From NCBI GenBank assembly GCA_964057225.1, contig CAXKVF010000076.1, positions 1 to 64,000 on the forward strand: a DNA stretch of 64,000 nt, read 5' to 3'. This DNA is from Auanema rhodensis (Eukaryota; Animalia; Nematoda). A model generated the notes under the pieces. The model had not been told where the DNA came from and made no database searches. It worked only from the letters and a program-made list of their open reading frames with translations. How positions within the stretch are numbered: position 1 is the first letter of the stretch; every line of letters begins with the position of its first letter. Position numbers and translations under genes: made by a program. Positions 39,941 to 54,700 of this stretch are shown piece by piece.

Positions 39941-42900
39941 GTGAACTTTAATTTATGCTAATTAAATGTACACGTGATGTGCACTTGGTATGTAACTCGC
40001 TTCACGTGAAAGATAAAGAGATGCAGTTTTCAAAATCAGATTCCCCATGTCCATATTAGTCTAAAAACAAATTTTTATTGATATTGGTTCATGGTAACCA
40101 TGACTTTGAAATTTACGTGAACTTTAATTTATGCTAATTAAATGTACACGTGATGTGCACTTGGTATGTAACTCGCTTCACGTGAAAGATAAAGAGATGC
40201 GGTTTTCAAAATTAGATTCCCCATGTCCATATTAGTCTAAAAACAAATTTTTATTGATATTAGTTCATGGTAACCATGACTTTGAAATTTACGTGAACTT
40301 TAATTTATGCTAATTAAATGTACACGTGATGTGCACTTGGTATGTAACTCGCTTCACGTGAAAGATAAAGAGATGCGGTTTTCAAAATTAGATTCCCCAT
40401 GTCCATATTAGTCTAAAAACAAATTTTTATTGATATTGGTTCATGGTAACCATGACTTTGAAATTTACGTGAACTTTAATTTATGCTAATTAAATGTACA
40501 CGTGATGTGCACTTGGTATGTAACTCGCTTCACGTGAAAGATAAAGAGATGCGGTTTTCAAAATTAGATTCCCCATGTCCATATTAGTCTAAAAACAAAT
40601 TTTTATTGATATTGCTTCATGGTAACCATGACTTTGAAATTTACGTGAACTTTAATTTATGCTAATTAAATGTACACGTGATGTGCACTTGGTATGTAAC
40701 TCGCTTCACGTGAAAGATAAAGAGATGCGGTTTTCAAAATTAGATTCCCCATGTCCATATTAGTCTAAAAACAAATTTTTATTGATATTAGTTCATGGTA
40801 ACCATGACTTTGAAATTTACGTGAACTTTAATTTATGCTAATTAAATGTACACGTGATGTGCACTTGGTATGTAACTCGCTTCACGTGAAAGATAAAGAG
40901 ATGCGGTTTTCAAAATTAGATTCCCCATGTCCATATTAGTCTAAAAACAAATTTTTATTGATATTGGTTCATGGTAACCATGACTTTGAAATTTACGTGA
41001 ACTTTAATTTATGCTAATTAAATGTACACGTGATGTGCACTTGGTATGTAACTCGCTTCACGTGAAAGATAAAGAGATGCGGTTTTCAAAATTAGATTCC
41101 CCATGTCCATATTAGTCTAAAAACAAATTTTTATTGATATTGCTTCATGGTAACCATGACTTTGAAATTTACGTGAACTTTAATTTATGCTAATTAAATG
41201 TACACGTGATGTGCACTTGGTATGTAACTCGCTTCACGTGAAAGATAAAGAGATGCGGTTTTCAAAATTAGATTCCTCATGTCCATATTAGTCTAAAAAC
41301 AAATTTTTATTGATATTGGTGCATGGTAACCATGACTTTGAAATTTACGTGAACTTTAATTTATGCTAATTAAATGTACACGTGATGTGCACTTGGTATG
41401 TAACTCGCTTCACGTGAAAGATAAAGAGATGCGGTTTTCAAAATTAGATTCCCCATGTCCATATTAGTCTAAAAACAAATTTTTATTGATATTGGTTCAT
41501 GGTAACCATGACTTTGAAATTTACGTGAACTTTAATTTATGCTAATTAAATGTACACGTGATGTGCACTTGGTATGTAACTCGCTTCACGTGAAAGAAAA
41601 AGAGATGCGGTTTTCAAAATTAGATTCCCCATGTCCATATTAGTCTAAAAACAAATTTTTATTGATATTGCTTCATGGTAACCATGACTTTGAAATTTAC
41701 GTGAACTTTAATTTATGCTAATTAAATGTACACGTGATGTGCACTTGGTATGTAACTCGCTTCACGTGAAAGATAAAGAGATGCGGTTTTCAAAATTAGA
41801 TTCCTCATGTCCATATTAGTCTAAAAACAAATTTTTATTGATATTGGTGCATGGTAACCATGACTTTGAAATTTACGTGAACTTTAATTTATGCTAATTA
41901 AATGTACACGTGATGTGCACTTGGTATGTAACTCGCTTCACGTGAAAGATAAAGAGATGCGGTTTTCAAAATTAGATTCCCCATGTCCATATTAGTCTAA
42001 AAACAAATTTTTATTGATATTGGTTCATGGTAACCATGACTTTGAAATTTACGTGAACTTTAATTTATGCTAATTAAATGTACACGTGATGTGCACTTGG
42101 TATGTAACTCGCTTCACGTGAAAGATAAAGAGATGCGGTTTTCAAAATTAGATTCCCCATGTCCATATTAGTCTAAAAACAAATTTTTATTGATATTGCT
42201 TCATGGTAACCATGACTTTGAAATTTACGTGAACTTTAATTTATGCTAATTAAATGTACACGTGATGTGCACTTGGTATGTAACTCGCTTCACGTGAAAG
42301 ATAAAGAGATGCGGTTTTCAAAATTAGATTCCTCATGTCCATATTAGTCTAAAAACAAATTTTTATTGATATTGGTGCATGGTAACCATGACTTTGAAAT
42401 TTACGTGAACTTTAATTTATGCTAATTAAATGTACACGTGATGTGCACTTGGTATGTAACTCGCTTCACGTGAAAGATAAAGAGATGCGGTTTTCAAAAT
42501 TAGATTCCCCATGTCCATATTAGTCTAAAAACAAATTTTTATTGATATTGGTTCATGGTAACCATGACTTTGAAATTTACGTGAACTTTAATTTATGCTA
42601 ATTAAATGTACACGTGATGTGCACTTGGTATGTAACTCGCTTCACGTGAAAGAAAAAGAGATGCGGTTTTCAAAATTAGATTCCCCATGTCCATATTAGT
42701 CTAAAAACAAATTTTTATTGATATTGGTGCATGGTAACCATGACTTTGAAATTTACGTGAACTTTAATTTATGCTAATTAAATGTACACGTGATGTGCAC
42801 TTGGTATGTAACTCGCTTCACGTGAAAGATGAAGAGATGCGGTTTTCAAAATTAGATTCCCCATGTCCATATTAGTCTAAAAACAAATTTTTATTGATAT

Positions 42901-45900
42901 TGGTTCATGGTAACCATGACTTTGAAATTTACGTGAACTTTAATTTATGCTAATTAAATGTACACGTGATGTGCACTTGGTATGTAACTCGCTTCACGTG
43001 AAAGATAAAGAGATGCGGTTTTCAAAATTAGATTCCCCATGTCCATATTAGTCTAAAAACAAATTTTTATTGATATTAGTTCATGGTAACCATGACTTTG
43101 AAATTTACGTGAACTTTAATTTATGCTAATTAAATGTACACGTGATGTGCACTTGGTATGTAACTCGCTTCACGTGAAAGATAAAGAGATGCGGTTTTCA
43201 AAATTAGATTCCCCATGTCCATATTAGTCTAAAAACAAATTTTTATTGATATTAGTTCATGGTAACCATGACTTTGAAATTTACGTGAACTTTAATTTAT
43301 GCTAATTAAATGTACACGTGATGTGCACTTGGTATGTAACTCGCTTCACGTGAAAGATAAAGAGATGCGGTTTTCAAAATTAGATTCCCCATGTCCATAT
43401 TAGTCTAAAACCAAATTTTTATTGATATTGGTTCATGGTAACCATGACTTTGAAATTTACGTGAACTTTAATTTATGCTAATTAAATGTACACGTGATGT
43501 GCACTTGGTATGTAACTCGCTTCACGTGAAAGATAAAGAGATGCGGTTTTCAAAATTAGATTCCCCATGTCCATATTAGTCTAAAAACAAATTTTTATTG
43601 ATATTGGTTCATGGTAACCATGACTTTGAAATTTACGTGAACTTTAATTTATGCTAATTAAATGTACACGTGATGTGCACTTGGTATGTAACTCGCTTCA
43701 CGTGAAAGAAAAAGAGATGCGGTTTTCAAAATTAGATTCCCCATGTCCATATTAGTCTAAAAACAAATTTTTATTGATATTGGTGCATGGTAACCATGAC
43801 TTTGAAATTTACGTGAACTTTAATTTATGCTAATTAAATGTACACGTGATGTGCACTTGGTATGTAACTCGCTTCACGTGAAAGAAAAAGAGATGCGGTT
43901 TTCAAAATTAGATTCCCCATGTCCATATTAGTCTAAAAACAAATTTTTATTGATATTGCTTCATGGTAACCATGACTTTGAAATTTACGTGAACTTTAAT
44001 TTATGCTAATTAAATGTACACGTGATGTGCACTTGGTATGTAACTCGCTTCACGTGAAAGATAAAGAGATGCGGTTTTCAAAATTAGATTCCTCATGTCC
44101 ATATTAGTCTAAAAACAAATTTTTATTGATATTGGTGCATGGTAACCATGACTTTGAAATTTACGTGAACTTTAATTTATGCTAATTAAATGTACACGTG
44201 ATGTGCACTTGGTATGTAACTCGCTTCACGTGAAAGATAAAGAGATGCGGTTTTCAAAATTAGATTCCCCATGTCCATATTAGTCTAAAAACAAATTTGT
44301 ATTGATATTGGTTCATGGTAACCATGACTTTGAAATTTACGTGAACTTTAATTTATGCTAATTAAATGTACACGTGATGTGCACTTGGTATGTAACTCGC
44401 TTCACGTGAAAGAAAAAGAGATGCGGTTTTCAAAATTAGATTCCCCATGTCCATATTAGTCTAAAAACAAATTTTTATTGATATTGGTGCATGGTAACCA
44501 TGACTTTGAAATTTACGTGAACTTTAATTTATGCTAATTAAATGTACACGTGATGTGCACTTGGTATGTAACTCGCTTCACGTGAAAGATGAAGAGATGC
44601 GGTTTTCAAAATTAGATTCCCCATGTCCATATTAGTCTAAAAACAAATTTTTATTGATATTGGTTCATGGTAACCATGACTTTGAAATTTACGTGAACTT
44701 TAATTTATGCTAATTAAATGTACACGTGATGTGCACTTGGTATGTAACTCGCTTCACGTGAAAGATAAAGAGATGCGGTTTTCAAAATTAGATTCCCCAT
44801 GTCCATATTAGTCTAAAAACAAATTTTTATTGATATTGGTGCATGGTAACCATGACTTTGAAATTTACGTGAACTTTAATTTATGCTAATTAAATGTACA
44901 CGTGATGTGCACTTGGTATGTAACTCGCTTCACGTGAAAGATAAAGAGATGCGGTTTTCAAAATTAGATTCCCCATGTCCATATTAGTCTAAAAACAAAT
45001 TTTTATTGATATTGGTTCATGGTAACCATGACTTTGAAATTTACGTGAACTTCAATTTATGCTAATTAAATGTACACGTGATGTGCACTTGGTATGTAAC
45101 TCGCTTCACGTGAAAGATAAAGAGATGCGGTTTTCAAAATTAGATTCCCCATGTCCATATTAGTCTAAAAACAAATTTTTATTGATATTAGTTCATGGTA
45201 ACCATGACTTTGAAATTTACGTGAACTTTAATTTATGCTAATTAAATGTACACGTGATGTGCACTTGGTATGTAACTCGCTTCACGTGAAAGATAAAGAG
45301 ATGCGGTTTTCAAAATTAGATTCCCCATGTCCATATTAGTCTAAAAACAAATTTTTATTGATATTGGTTCATGGTAACCATGACTTTGAAATTTACGTGA
45401 ACTTTAATTTATGCTAATTAAATGTACACGTGATGTGCACTTGGTATGTAACTCGCTTCACGTGAAAGATAAAGAGATGCGGTTTTCAAAATTAGATTCC
45501 CCATGTCCATATTAGTCTAAAAACAAATTTTTATTGATATTAGTTCATGGTAACCATGACTTTGAAATTTACGTGAACTTTAATTTATGCTAATTAAATG
45601 TACACGTGATGTGCACTTGGTATGTAACTCGCTTCACGTGAAAGATAAAGAGATGCGGTTTTCAAAATTAGATTCCCCATGTCCATATTAGTCTAAAAAC
45701 AAATTTTTATTGATATTGGTTCATGGTAACCATGACTTTGAAATTTACGTGAACTTTAATTTATGCTAATTAAATGTACACGTGATGTGCACTTGGTATG
45801 TAACTCGCTTCACGTGAAAGATAAAGAGATGCGGTTTTCAAAATTAGATTCCCCATGTCCATATTAGTCTAAAAACAAATTTTTATTGATATTAGTTCAT

Positions 45901-48740
45901 GGTAACCATGACTTTGAAATTTACGTGAACTTTAATTTATGCTAATTAAATGTACACGTGATGTGCACTTGGTATGTAACTCGCTTCACGTGAAAGATAA
46001 AGAGATGCGGTTTTCAAAATTAGATTCCCCATGTCCATATTAGTCTAAAACCAAATTTTTATTGATATTGGTTCATGGTAACCATGACTTTGAAATTTAC
46101 GTGAACTTTAATTTATGCTAATTAAATGTACACGTGATGTGCACTTGGTATGTAACTCGCTTCACGTGAAAGATAAAGAGATGCGGTTTTCAAAATTAGA
46201 TTCCCCATGTCCATATTAGTCTAAAAACAAATTTTTATTGATATTGGTTCATGGTAACCATGACTTTGAAATTTACGTGAACTTTAATTTATGCTAATTA
46301 AATGTACACGTGATGTGCACTTGGTATGTAACTCGCTTCACGTGAAAGAAAAAGAGATGCGGTTTTCAAAATTAGATTCCCCATGTCCATATTAGTCTAA
46401 AAACAAATTTTTATTGATATTGGTGCATGGTAACCATGACTTTGAAATTTACGTGAACTTTAATTTATGCTAATTAAATGTACACGTGATGTGCACTTGG
46501 TATGTAACTCGCTTCACGTGAAAGATAAAGAGATGCGGTTTTCAAAATTAGATTCCCCATGTCCATATTAGTCTAAAAACAAATTTTTATTGATATTGGT
46601 TCATGGTAACCATGACTTTGAAATTTACGTGAACTTTAATTTATGCTAATTAAATGTACACGTGATGTGCACTTGGTATGTAACTCGCTTCACGTGAAAG
46701 ATAAAGAGATGCGGTTTTCAAAATTAGATTCCCCATGTCCATATTAGTCTAAAAACAGATTTTTATTGATATTAGTTCATGGTAACCATGACTTTGAAAT
46801 TTACGTGAACTTTAATTTATGCTAATTAAATGTACACGTGATGTGCACTTGGTATGTAACTCGCTTCACGTGAAAGATAAAGAGATGCGGTTTTCAAAAT
46901 TAGATTCCCCATGTCCATATTAGTCTAAAAACAAATTTTTATTGATATTGGTTCATGGTAACCATGACTTTGAAATTTACGTGAACTTTAATTTATGCTA
47001 ATTAAATGTACACGTGATGTGCACTTGGTATGTAACTCGCTTCACGTGAAAGATAAAGAGATGCGGTTTTCAAAATTAGATTCCCCATGTCCATATTAGT
47101 CTAAAAACAAATTTTTATTGATATTGCTTCATGGTAACCATGACTTTGAAATTTACGTGAACTTTAATTTATGCTAATTAAATGTACACGTGATGTGCAC
47201 TTGGTATGTAACTCGCTTCACGTGAAAGATAAAGAGATGCGGTTTTCAAAATTAGATTCCCCATGTCCATATTAGTCTAAAAACAAATTTTTATTGATAT
47301 TGGTGAATGGTAACCATGACTTTGAAATTTACGTGAACTTTAATTTATGCTAATTAAATGTACACGTGATGTGCACTTGGTATGTAACTCGCTTCACGTG
47401 AAAGATGAAGAGATGCGGTTTTCAAAATTAGATTCCTCATGTCCATATTAGTCTAAAAACAAATTTTTATTGATATTGGTTCATGGTAACCATGACTTTG
47501 AAATTTACGTGAACTTTAATTTATGCTAATTAAATGTACACGTGATGTGCACTTGGTATGTAACTCGCTTCACGTGAAAGATAAAGAGATGCGGTTTTCA
47601 AAATTAGATTCCCCATGTCCATATTAGTCTAAAAACAAATTTTTATTGATATTGGTGAATGGTAACCATGACTTTGAAATTTACGTGAACTTTAATTTAT
47701 GCTAATTAAATGTACACGTGATGTGCACTTGGTATGTAACTCGCTTCACGTGAAAGATGAAGAGATGCGGTTTTCAAAATTAGATTCCTCATGTCCATAT
47801 TAGTCTAAAAACAAATTTTTATTGATATTGGTTCATGGTAACCATGACTTTGAAATTTACGTGAACTTTAATTTATGCTAATTAAATGTACACGTGATGT
47901 GCACTTGGTATGTAACTCGCTTCACGTGAAAGATAAAGAGATGCGGTTTTCAAAATTAGATTCCCCATGTCCATATTAGTCTAAAAACAAATTTTTATTG
48001 ATATTGGTACATGGTAACCATGACTTTGAAATTTACGTGAACTTTAATTTATGCTAATTAAATGTACACGTGATGTGCACTTGGTATGTAACTCGCTTCA
48101 CGTGAAAGATAAAGAGATTCGGTTTTCAAAATTAGATTCCCCATGTCCATATTAGTCTAAAAACAAATTTTTATTGATATTGGTTCATGGTAACCATGAC
48201 TTTGAAATTTACGTGAACTTTAATTTATGCTAATTAAATGTACACGTGATGTGCACTTGGTATGTAACTCGCTTCACGTGAAAGATAAAGAGATGCGGTT
48301 TTCAAAATTAGATTCCCCATGTCCATATTAGTCTAAAAACAAATTTTTATTGATATTGGTTCATGGTAACCATGACTTTGAAATTTACGTGAACTTTAAT
48401 TTATGCTAATTAAATGTACACGTGATGTGCACTTGGTATGTAACTCGCTTCACGTGAAAGATAAAGAGATGCGGTTTTCAAAATTAGATTCCCCATGTCC
48501 ATATTAGTCTAAAAACAAATTTTTATTGATATTGGTTCATGGTAACCATGACTTTGAAATTTACGTGAACTTTAATTTATGCTAATTAAATGTACACGTG
48601 ATGTGCACTTGGTATGTAACTCGCTTCACGTGAAAGATAAAGAGATGCGGTTTTCAAAATTAGATTCCCCATGTCCATATTAGTCTAAAAACAAATTTTT
48701 ATTAATATTGGTGCATGGTAACCATGACTTTGAAATTTAC

Positions 48741-51700
48741 GTGAACTTTAATTTATGCTAATTAAATGTACACGTGATGTGCACTTGGTATGTAACTCGC
48801 TTCACGTGAAAGATAAAGAGATGCGGTTTTCAAAATTAGATTCCTCATGTCTATATTAGTCTAAAAACAAATTTTTATTGATATTGGTTCATGGTAACCA
48901 TGACTTTGAAATTTACGTGAACTTTAATTTATGCTAATTAAATGTACACGTGATGTGCACTTGGTATGTAACTCGCTTCACGTGAAAGATAAAGAGATGC
49001 GGTTTTCAAAATTAGATTCCCCATGTCCATATTAGTCTAAAAACAAATTTTTATTGATATTGCTTCATGGTAACCATGACTTTGAAATTTACGTGAACTT
49101 TAATTTATGCTAATTAAATGTACACGTGATGTGCACTTGGTATGTAACTCGCTTCACGTGAAAGATAAAGAGATGCGGTTTTCAAAATTAGATTCCCCAT
49201 GTCCATATTAGTCTCAACACAAATTTTTATTGATATTGCTTCATGGTAACCATGACTTTGAAATTTACGTGAACTTTAATTTATGCTAATTAAATGTACA
49301 CGTGATGTGCACTTGGTATGTAACTCGCTTCACGTGAAAGATAAAGAGATGCGGTTTGCAAAATTAGATTCCCCATGTCCATATTAGTCTAAAAACAAAT
49401 TTTTATTGATATTGCTTCATGGTAACCATGACTTTGAAATTTACGTGAACTTTAATTTATGCTAATTAAATGTACACGTGATGTGCTCTTGGTATGTAAC
49501 TCGCTTCACGTGAAAGATAAAGAAATGCGGTTTTCAAAATTAGATTCCCCATGTCCATATTAGTCTAAAAACAAATTTTTATTGATATTGGTTCATGGTA
49601 ACCATGACTTTGAAATTTACGTGAACTTTAATTTATGCTAATTAAATGTACACGTGATGTGCACTTGGTATGTAACTCGCTTCACGTGAAAGATAAAGAG
49701 ATGCGGTTTTCAAAATTAGATTCCCCATGTCCATATTAGTCTAAAAACAAATTTTTATTGATATTGCTTCATGGTAACCATGACTTTGAAATTTACGTGA
49801 ACTTTAATTTATGCTAATTAAATGTACACGTGATGTGCACTTGGTATGTAACTCGCTTCACGTGAATGATAAAGAGATGCGGTTTTCAAAATTAGATTCC
49901 CCATGTCCATATTAGTCTAAAAACAAATTTTTATTGATATTGCTTCATGGTAACCATGACTTTGAAATTTACGTGAACTTTAATTTATGCTAATTAAATG
50001 TACACGTGATGTGCACTTGGTATGTAACTCGCTCCACGTGAAAGATAAAGAGATGCGGTTTTCAAAATTAGATTCCCCATGTCCATATTAGTCTAAAAAC
50101 AAATTTTTATTGTTATTGGTGCATGGTAACCATGACTTTGAAATTTACGTGAACTTTAATTTATGCTAATTAAATGTACACGTGATGTGCACTTGGTATG
50201 TAACTCGCTTCACGTGAAAGATAAAGAGATGCGGTTTTCAAAATTAGATTCCCCATGTCCATATTAGTCTAAAAACAAATTTTTATTGATATTTGTGCAT
50301 GGTAACCATGACTTTGAAATTTACGTGAACTTTAATTTATGCTAATTAAATGTACACGTGATGTGCACTTGGTATGTAACTCGCTTCACGTGAAAGATGA
50401 AGAGATGCGGTTTTCAAAATTAGATTCCCCATGTCCATATTAGTCTAAAAACAAATTTTTATTGATATTGGTTCATGGTAACCATGACTTTGAAATTTAC
50501 GTGAACTTTAATTTATGCTAATTAAATATACACGTGATGTGCACTTGGTATGTAACTCGCTTCACGTGAAAGATAAAGAGATGCGGTTTTCAAAATTAGA
50601 TTCCCCATGTCCATATTAGTCTAAAAACAAATTTTTATTGATATTGGTGCATGGTAACCATGACTTTGAAATTTACGTGAACTTTAATTTATGCTAATTA
50701 AATGTACACGTGATGTGCACTTGGTATGTAACTCGCTTCACGTGAAAGATAAAGAGATGCGGTTTTTAAAATTAGATTCCCCATGTCCATATTAGTCTAA
50801 AAACAAATTTTTATTGATATTGGTTCATGGTAACCATGACTTTGAAATTTACGTGAACTTTAATTTATGCTAATTAAATGTACACGTGATGTGCACTTGG
50901 TATGTAACTCGCTTCACGTGAAAGATAAAGAGATGCGGTTTTCAAAATTAGATTCCCCATGTCCATATTAGTCTAAAAACAAATTTTTATTGATATTGGT
51001 TCATGGTAACCATGACTTTGAAATTTACGTGAACTTTAATTTATGCTAATTAAATGTACACGTGATGTGCACTTGGTATGTAACTCGCTTCACGTGAAAG
51101 ATAAAGAGATGCGGTTTTCAAAATTAGATTCCCCATGTCCATATTAGTCTAAAAACAAATTTTTATTGATATTGGTTCATGGTAACCATGACTTTGAAAT
51201 TTACGTGAACTTTAATTTATGCTAATTAAATGTACACGTGATGTGCACTTGGTATGTAACTCGCTTCACGTGAAAGATAAAGAGATGCGGTTTTCAAAAT
51301 TAGATTCCCCATGTCCATATTAGTCTAAAAACAAATTTTTATTGATATTGGTTCATGGTAACCATGACTTTGAATTTTACGTGAACTTTAATTTATGCTA
51401 ATTAAATGTACACGTGATGTGCACTTGGTATGTAACTCGCTTCACGTGAAAGATAAAGAGATGCGGTTTCCAAAATTAGATTCCCCATGTCCATATTAGT
51501 CTAAAAACAAATTTTTATTGATATTGGTTCATGGTAACCATGACTTTGAAATTTACGTGAACTTTAATTAATGCTAATTAAATGTACACGTGATGTGCAC
51601 TTGGTATGTAACTCGCTTCACGTGAAAGATAAAGAGATGCGGTTTTCAAAATTAGATTCCCCATGTCCATATTAGTCTAAAAACAAATTTTTATTGATAT

Positions 51701-54700
51701 TGCTTCATGGTAACCATGACTTTGAAATTTACGTGAACTTTAATTTATGCTAATTAAATGTACACGTGATGTGCACTTGGTATGTAACTCGCTTCACGTG
51801 AAAGATAAAGAGATGCAGTTTTCAAAATTAGATTCCCCATGTCCATATTAGTCTAAAAACAAATTTTTATTGATATTGGTTCATGGTAACCATGACTTTG
51901 AAATTTACGTGAACTTTAATTTATGCTAATTAAATGTACACGTGATGTGCACTTGGTATGTAACTCGCTTCACGTGAAAGATAAAGAGATGCGGTTTTCA
52001 AAATTAGATTCCCCATGTCCATATTAGTCTAAAAACAAATTTTTATTGATATTGCTTCATGGTAACCATGACTTTGAAATTTACGTGAACTTTAATTTAT
52101 GCTAATTAAATGTACACGTGATGTGCACTTGGTATGTAACTCGCTTCACGTGAAAGATAAAGAGATGCGGTTTTTAAAATTAGATTCCTCATGTCCATAT
52201 TAGTCTAAAAACAAATTTTTATTGATATTGGTGCATGGTAACCATGACTTTGAAATTTACGTGAACTTTAATTTATGCTAATTAAATGTACACGTGATGT
52301 GCACTTGGTATGTAACTCGCTTCACGTGAAAGATAAAGAGATGCGGTTTTCAAAATTAGATTCCCCATGTCCATATTAGTCTAAAAACAAATTTTTATTG
52401 ATATTGGTGAATGGTAACCATGACTTTGAAATTTACGTGAACTTTAATTTATGCTAATTAAATGTACACGTGATGTGCACTTGGTATGTAACTCGCTTCA
52501 CGTGAAAGATAAAGAGATGCAGTTTTCAAAATCAGATTCCCCATGTCCATATTAGTCTAAAAACAAATTTTTATTGATATTGGTTCATGGTAACCATGAC
52601 TTTGAAATTTACGTGAACTTTAATTTATGCTAATTAAATGTACACGTGATGTGCACTTGGTATGTAACTCGCTTCACGTGAAAGATAAAGAGATGCGGTT
52701 TTCAAAATTAGATTCCTCATGTCTATATTAGTCTAAAAACAAATTTTTATTGATATTGGTGCATGGTAACCATGACTTTGAAATTTACGTGAACTTTAAT
52801 TTATGCTAATTAAATGTACACGTGATGTGCACTTGGTATGTAACTCGCTTCACGTGAAAGATAAAGAGATGCGGTTTTCAAAATTAGATTCCTCATGTCT
52901 ATATTAGTCTAAAAACAAATTTTTATTGATATTGGTTCATGGTAACCATGACTTTGAAATTTACGTGAACTTTAATTTATGCTAATTAAATGTACACGTG
53001 ATGTGCACTTGGTATGTAACTCGCTTCACGTGAAAGATAAAGAGATGCGGTTTTCAAAATTAGATTCCCCATGTCCATATTAGTCTAAAAACAAATTTTT
53101 ATTGATATTGCTTCATGGTAACCATGACTTTGAAATTTACGTGAACTTTAATTTATGCTAATTAAATGTACACGTGATGTGCACTTGGTATGTAACTCGC
53201 TTCACGTGAAAGATAAAGAGATGCGGTTTTCAAAATTAGATTTCCCATGTCCATATTAGTCTCAACACAAATTTTTATTGATATTGCTTCATGGTAACCA
53301 TGACTTTGAAATTTACGTGAACTTTAATTTATGCTAATTAAATGTACACGTGATGTGCACTTGGTATGTAACTCGCTTCACGTGAAAGATAAAGAGATGC
53401 GGTTTGCAAAATTAGATTCCCCATGTCCATATTAGTCTAAAAACAAATTTTTATTGATATTGCTTCATGGTAACCATGACTTTGAAATTTACGTGAACTT
53501 TAATTTATGCTAATTAAATGTACACGTGATGTGCTCTTGGTATGTAACTCGCTTCACGTGAAAGATAAAGAAATGCGGTTTTCAAAATTAGATTCCCCAT
53601 GTCCATATTAGTCTAAAAACAAATTTTTATTGATATTGGTTCATGGTAACCATGACTTTGAAATTTACGTGAACTTCAATTTATGCTAATTAAATGTACA
53701 CGTGATGTGCACTTGGTATGTAACTCGCTTCACGTGAAAGATAAAGAGATGCGGTTTTCAAAATTAGATTCCCCATGTCCATATTAGTCTAAAAACAAAT
53801 TTTTATTGATATTGCTTCATGGTAACCATGACTTTGAAATTTACGTGAACTTTAATTTATGCTAATTAAATGTACACGTGATGTGCACTTGGTATGTAAC
53901 TCGCTTCACGTGAATGATAAAGAGATGCGGTTTTCAAAATTAGATTCCCCATGTCCATATTAGTCTAAAAACAAATTTTTATTGATATTGCTTCATGGTA
54001 ACCATGACTTTGAAATTTACGTGAACTTTAATTTATGCTAATTAAATGTACACGTGATGTGCACTTGGTATGTAACTCGCTCCACGTGAAAGATAAAGAG
54101 ATGCGGTTTTCAAAATTAGATTCCCCATGTCCATATTAGTCTAAAAACAAATTTTTATTGATATTGGTGCATGGTAACCATGACTTTGAAATTTACGTGA
54201 ACTTTAATTTATGCTAATTAAATGTACACGTGATGTGCACTTGGTATGTAACTCGCTTCACGTGAAAGATAAAGAGATGCGGTTTTCAAAATTAGATTCC
54301 CCATGTCCATATTAGTCTAAAAACAAATTTTTATTGATATTTGTGCATGGTAACCATGACTTTGAAATTTACGTGAACTTTAATTTATGCTAATTAAATG
54401 TACACGTGATGTGCACTTGGTATGTAACTCGCTTCACGTGAAAGATGAAGAGATGCGGTTTTCAAAATTAGATTCCCCATGTCCATATTAGTCTAAAAAC
54501 AAATTTTTATTGATATTGGTTCATGGTAACCATGACTTTGAAATTTACGTGAACTTTAATTTATGCTAATTAAATATACACGTGATGTGCACTTGGTATG
54601 TAACTCGCTTCACGTGAAAGATAAAGAGATGCGGTTTTCAAAATTAGATTCCCCATGTCCATATTAGTCTAAAAACAAATTTTTATTGATATTGGTGCAT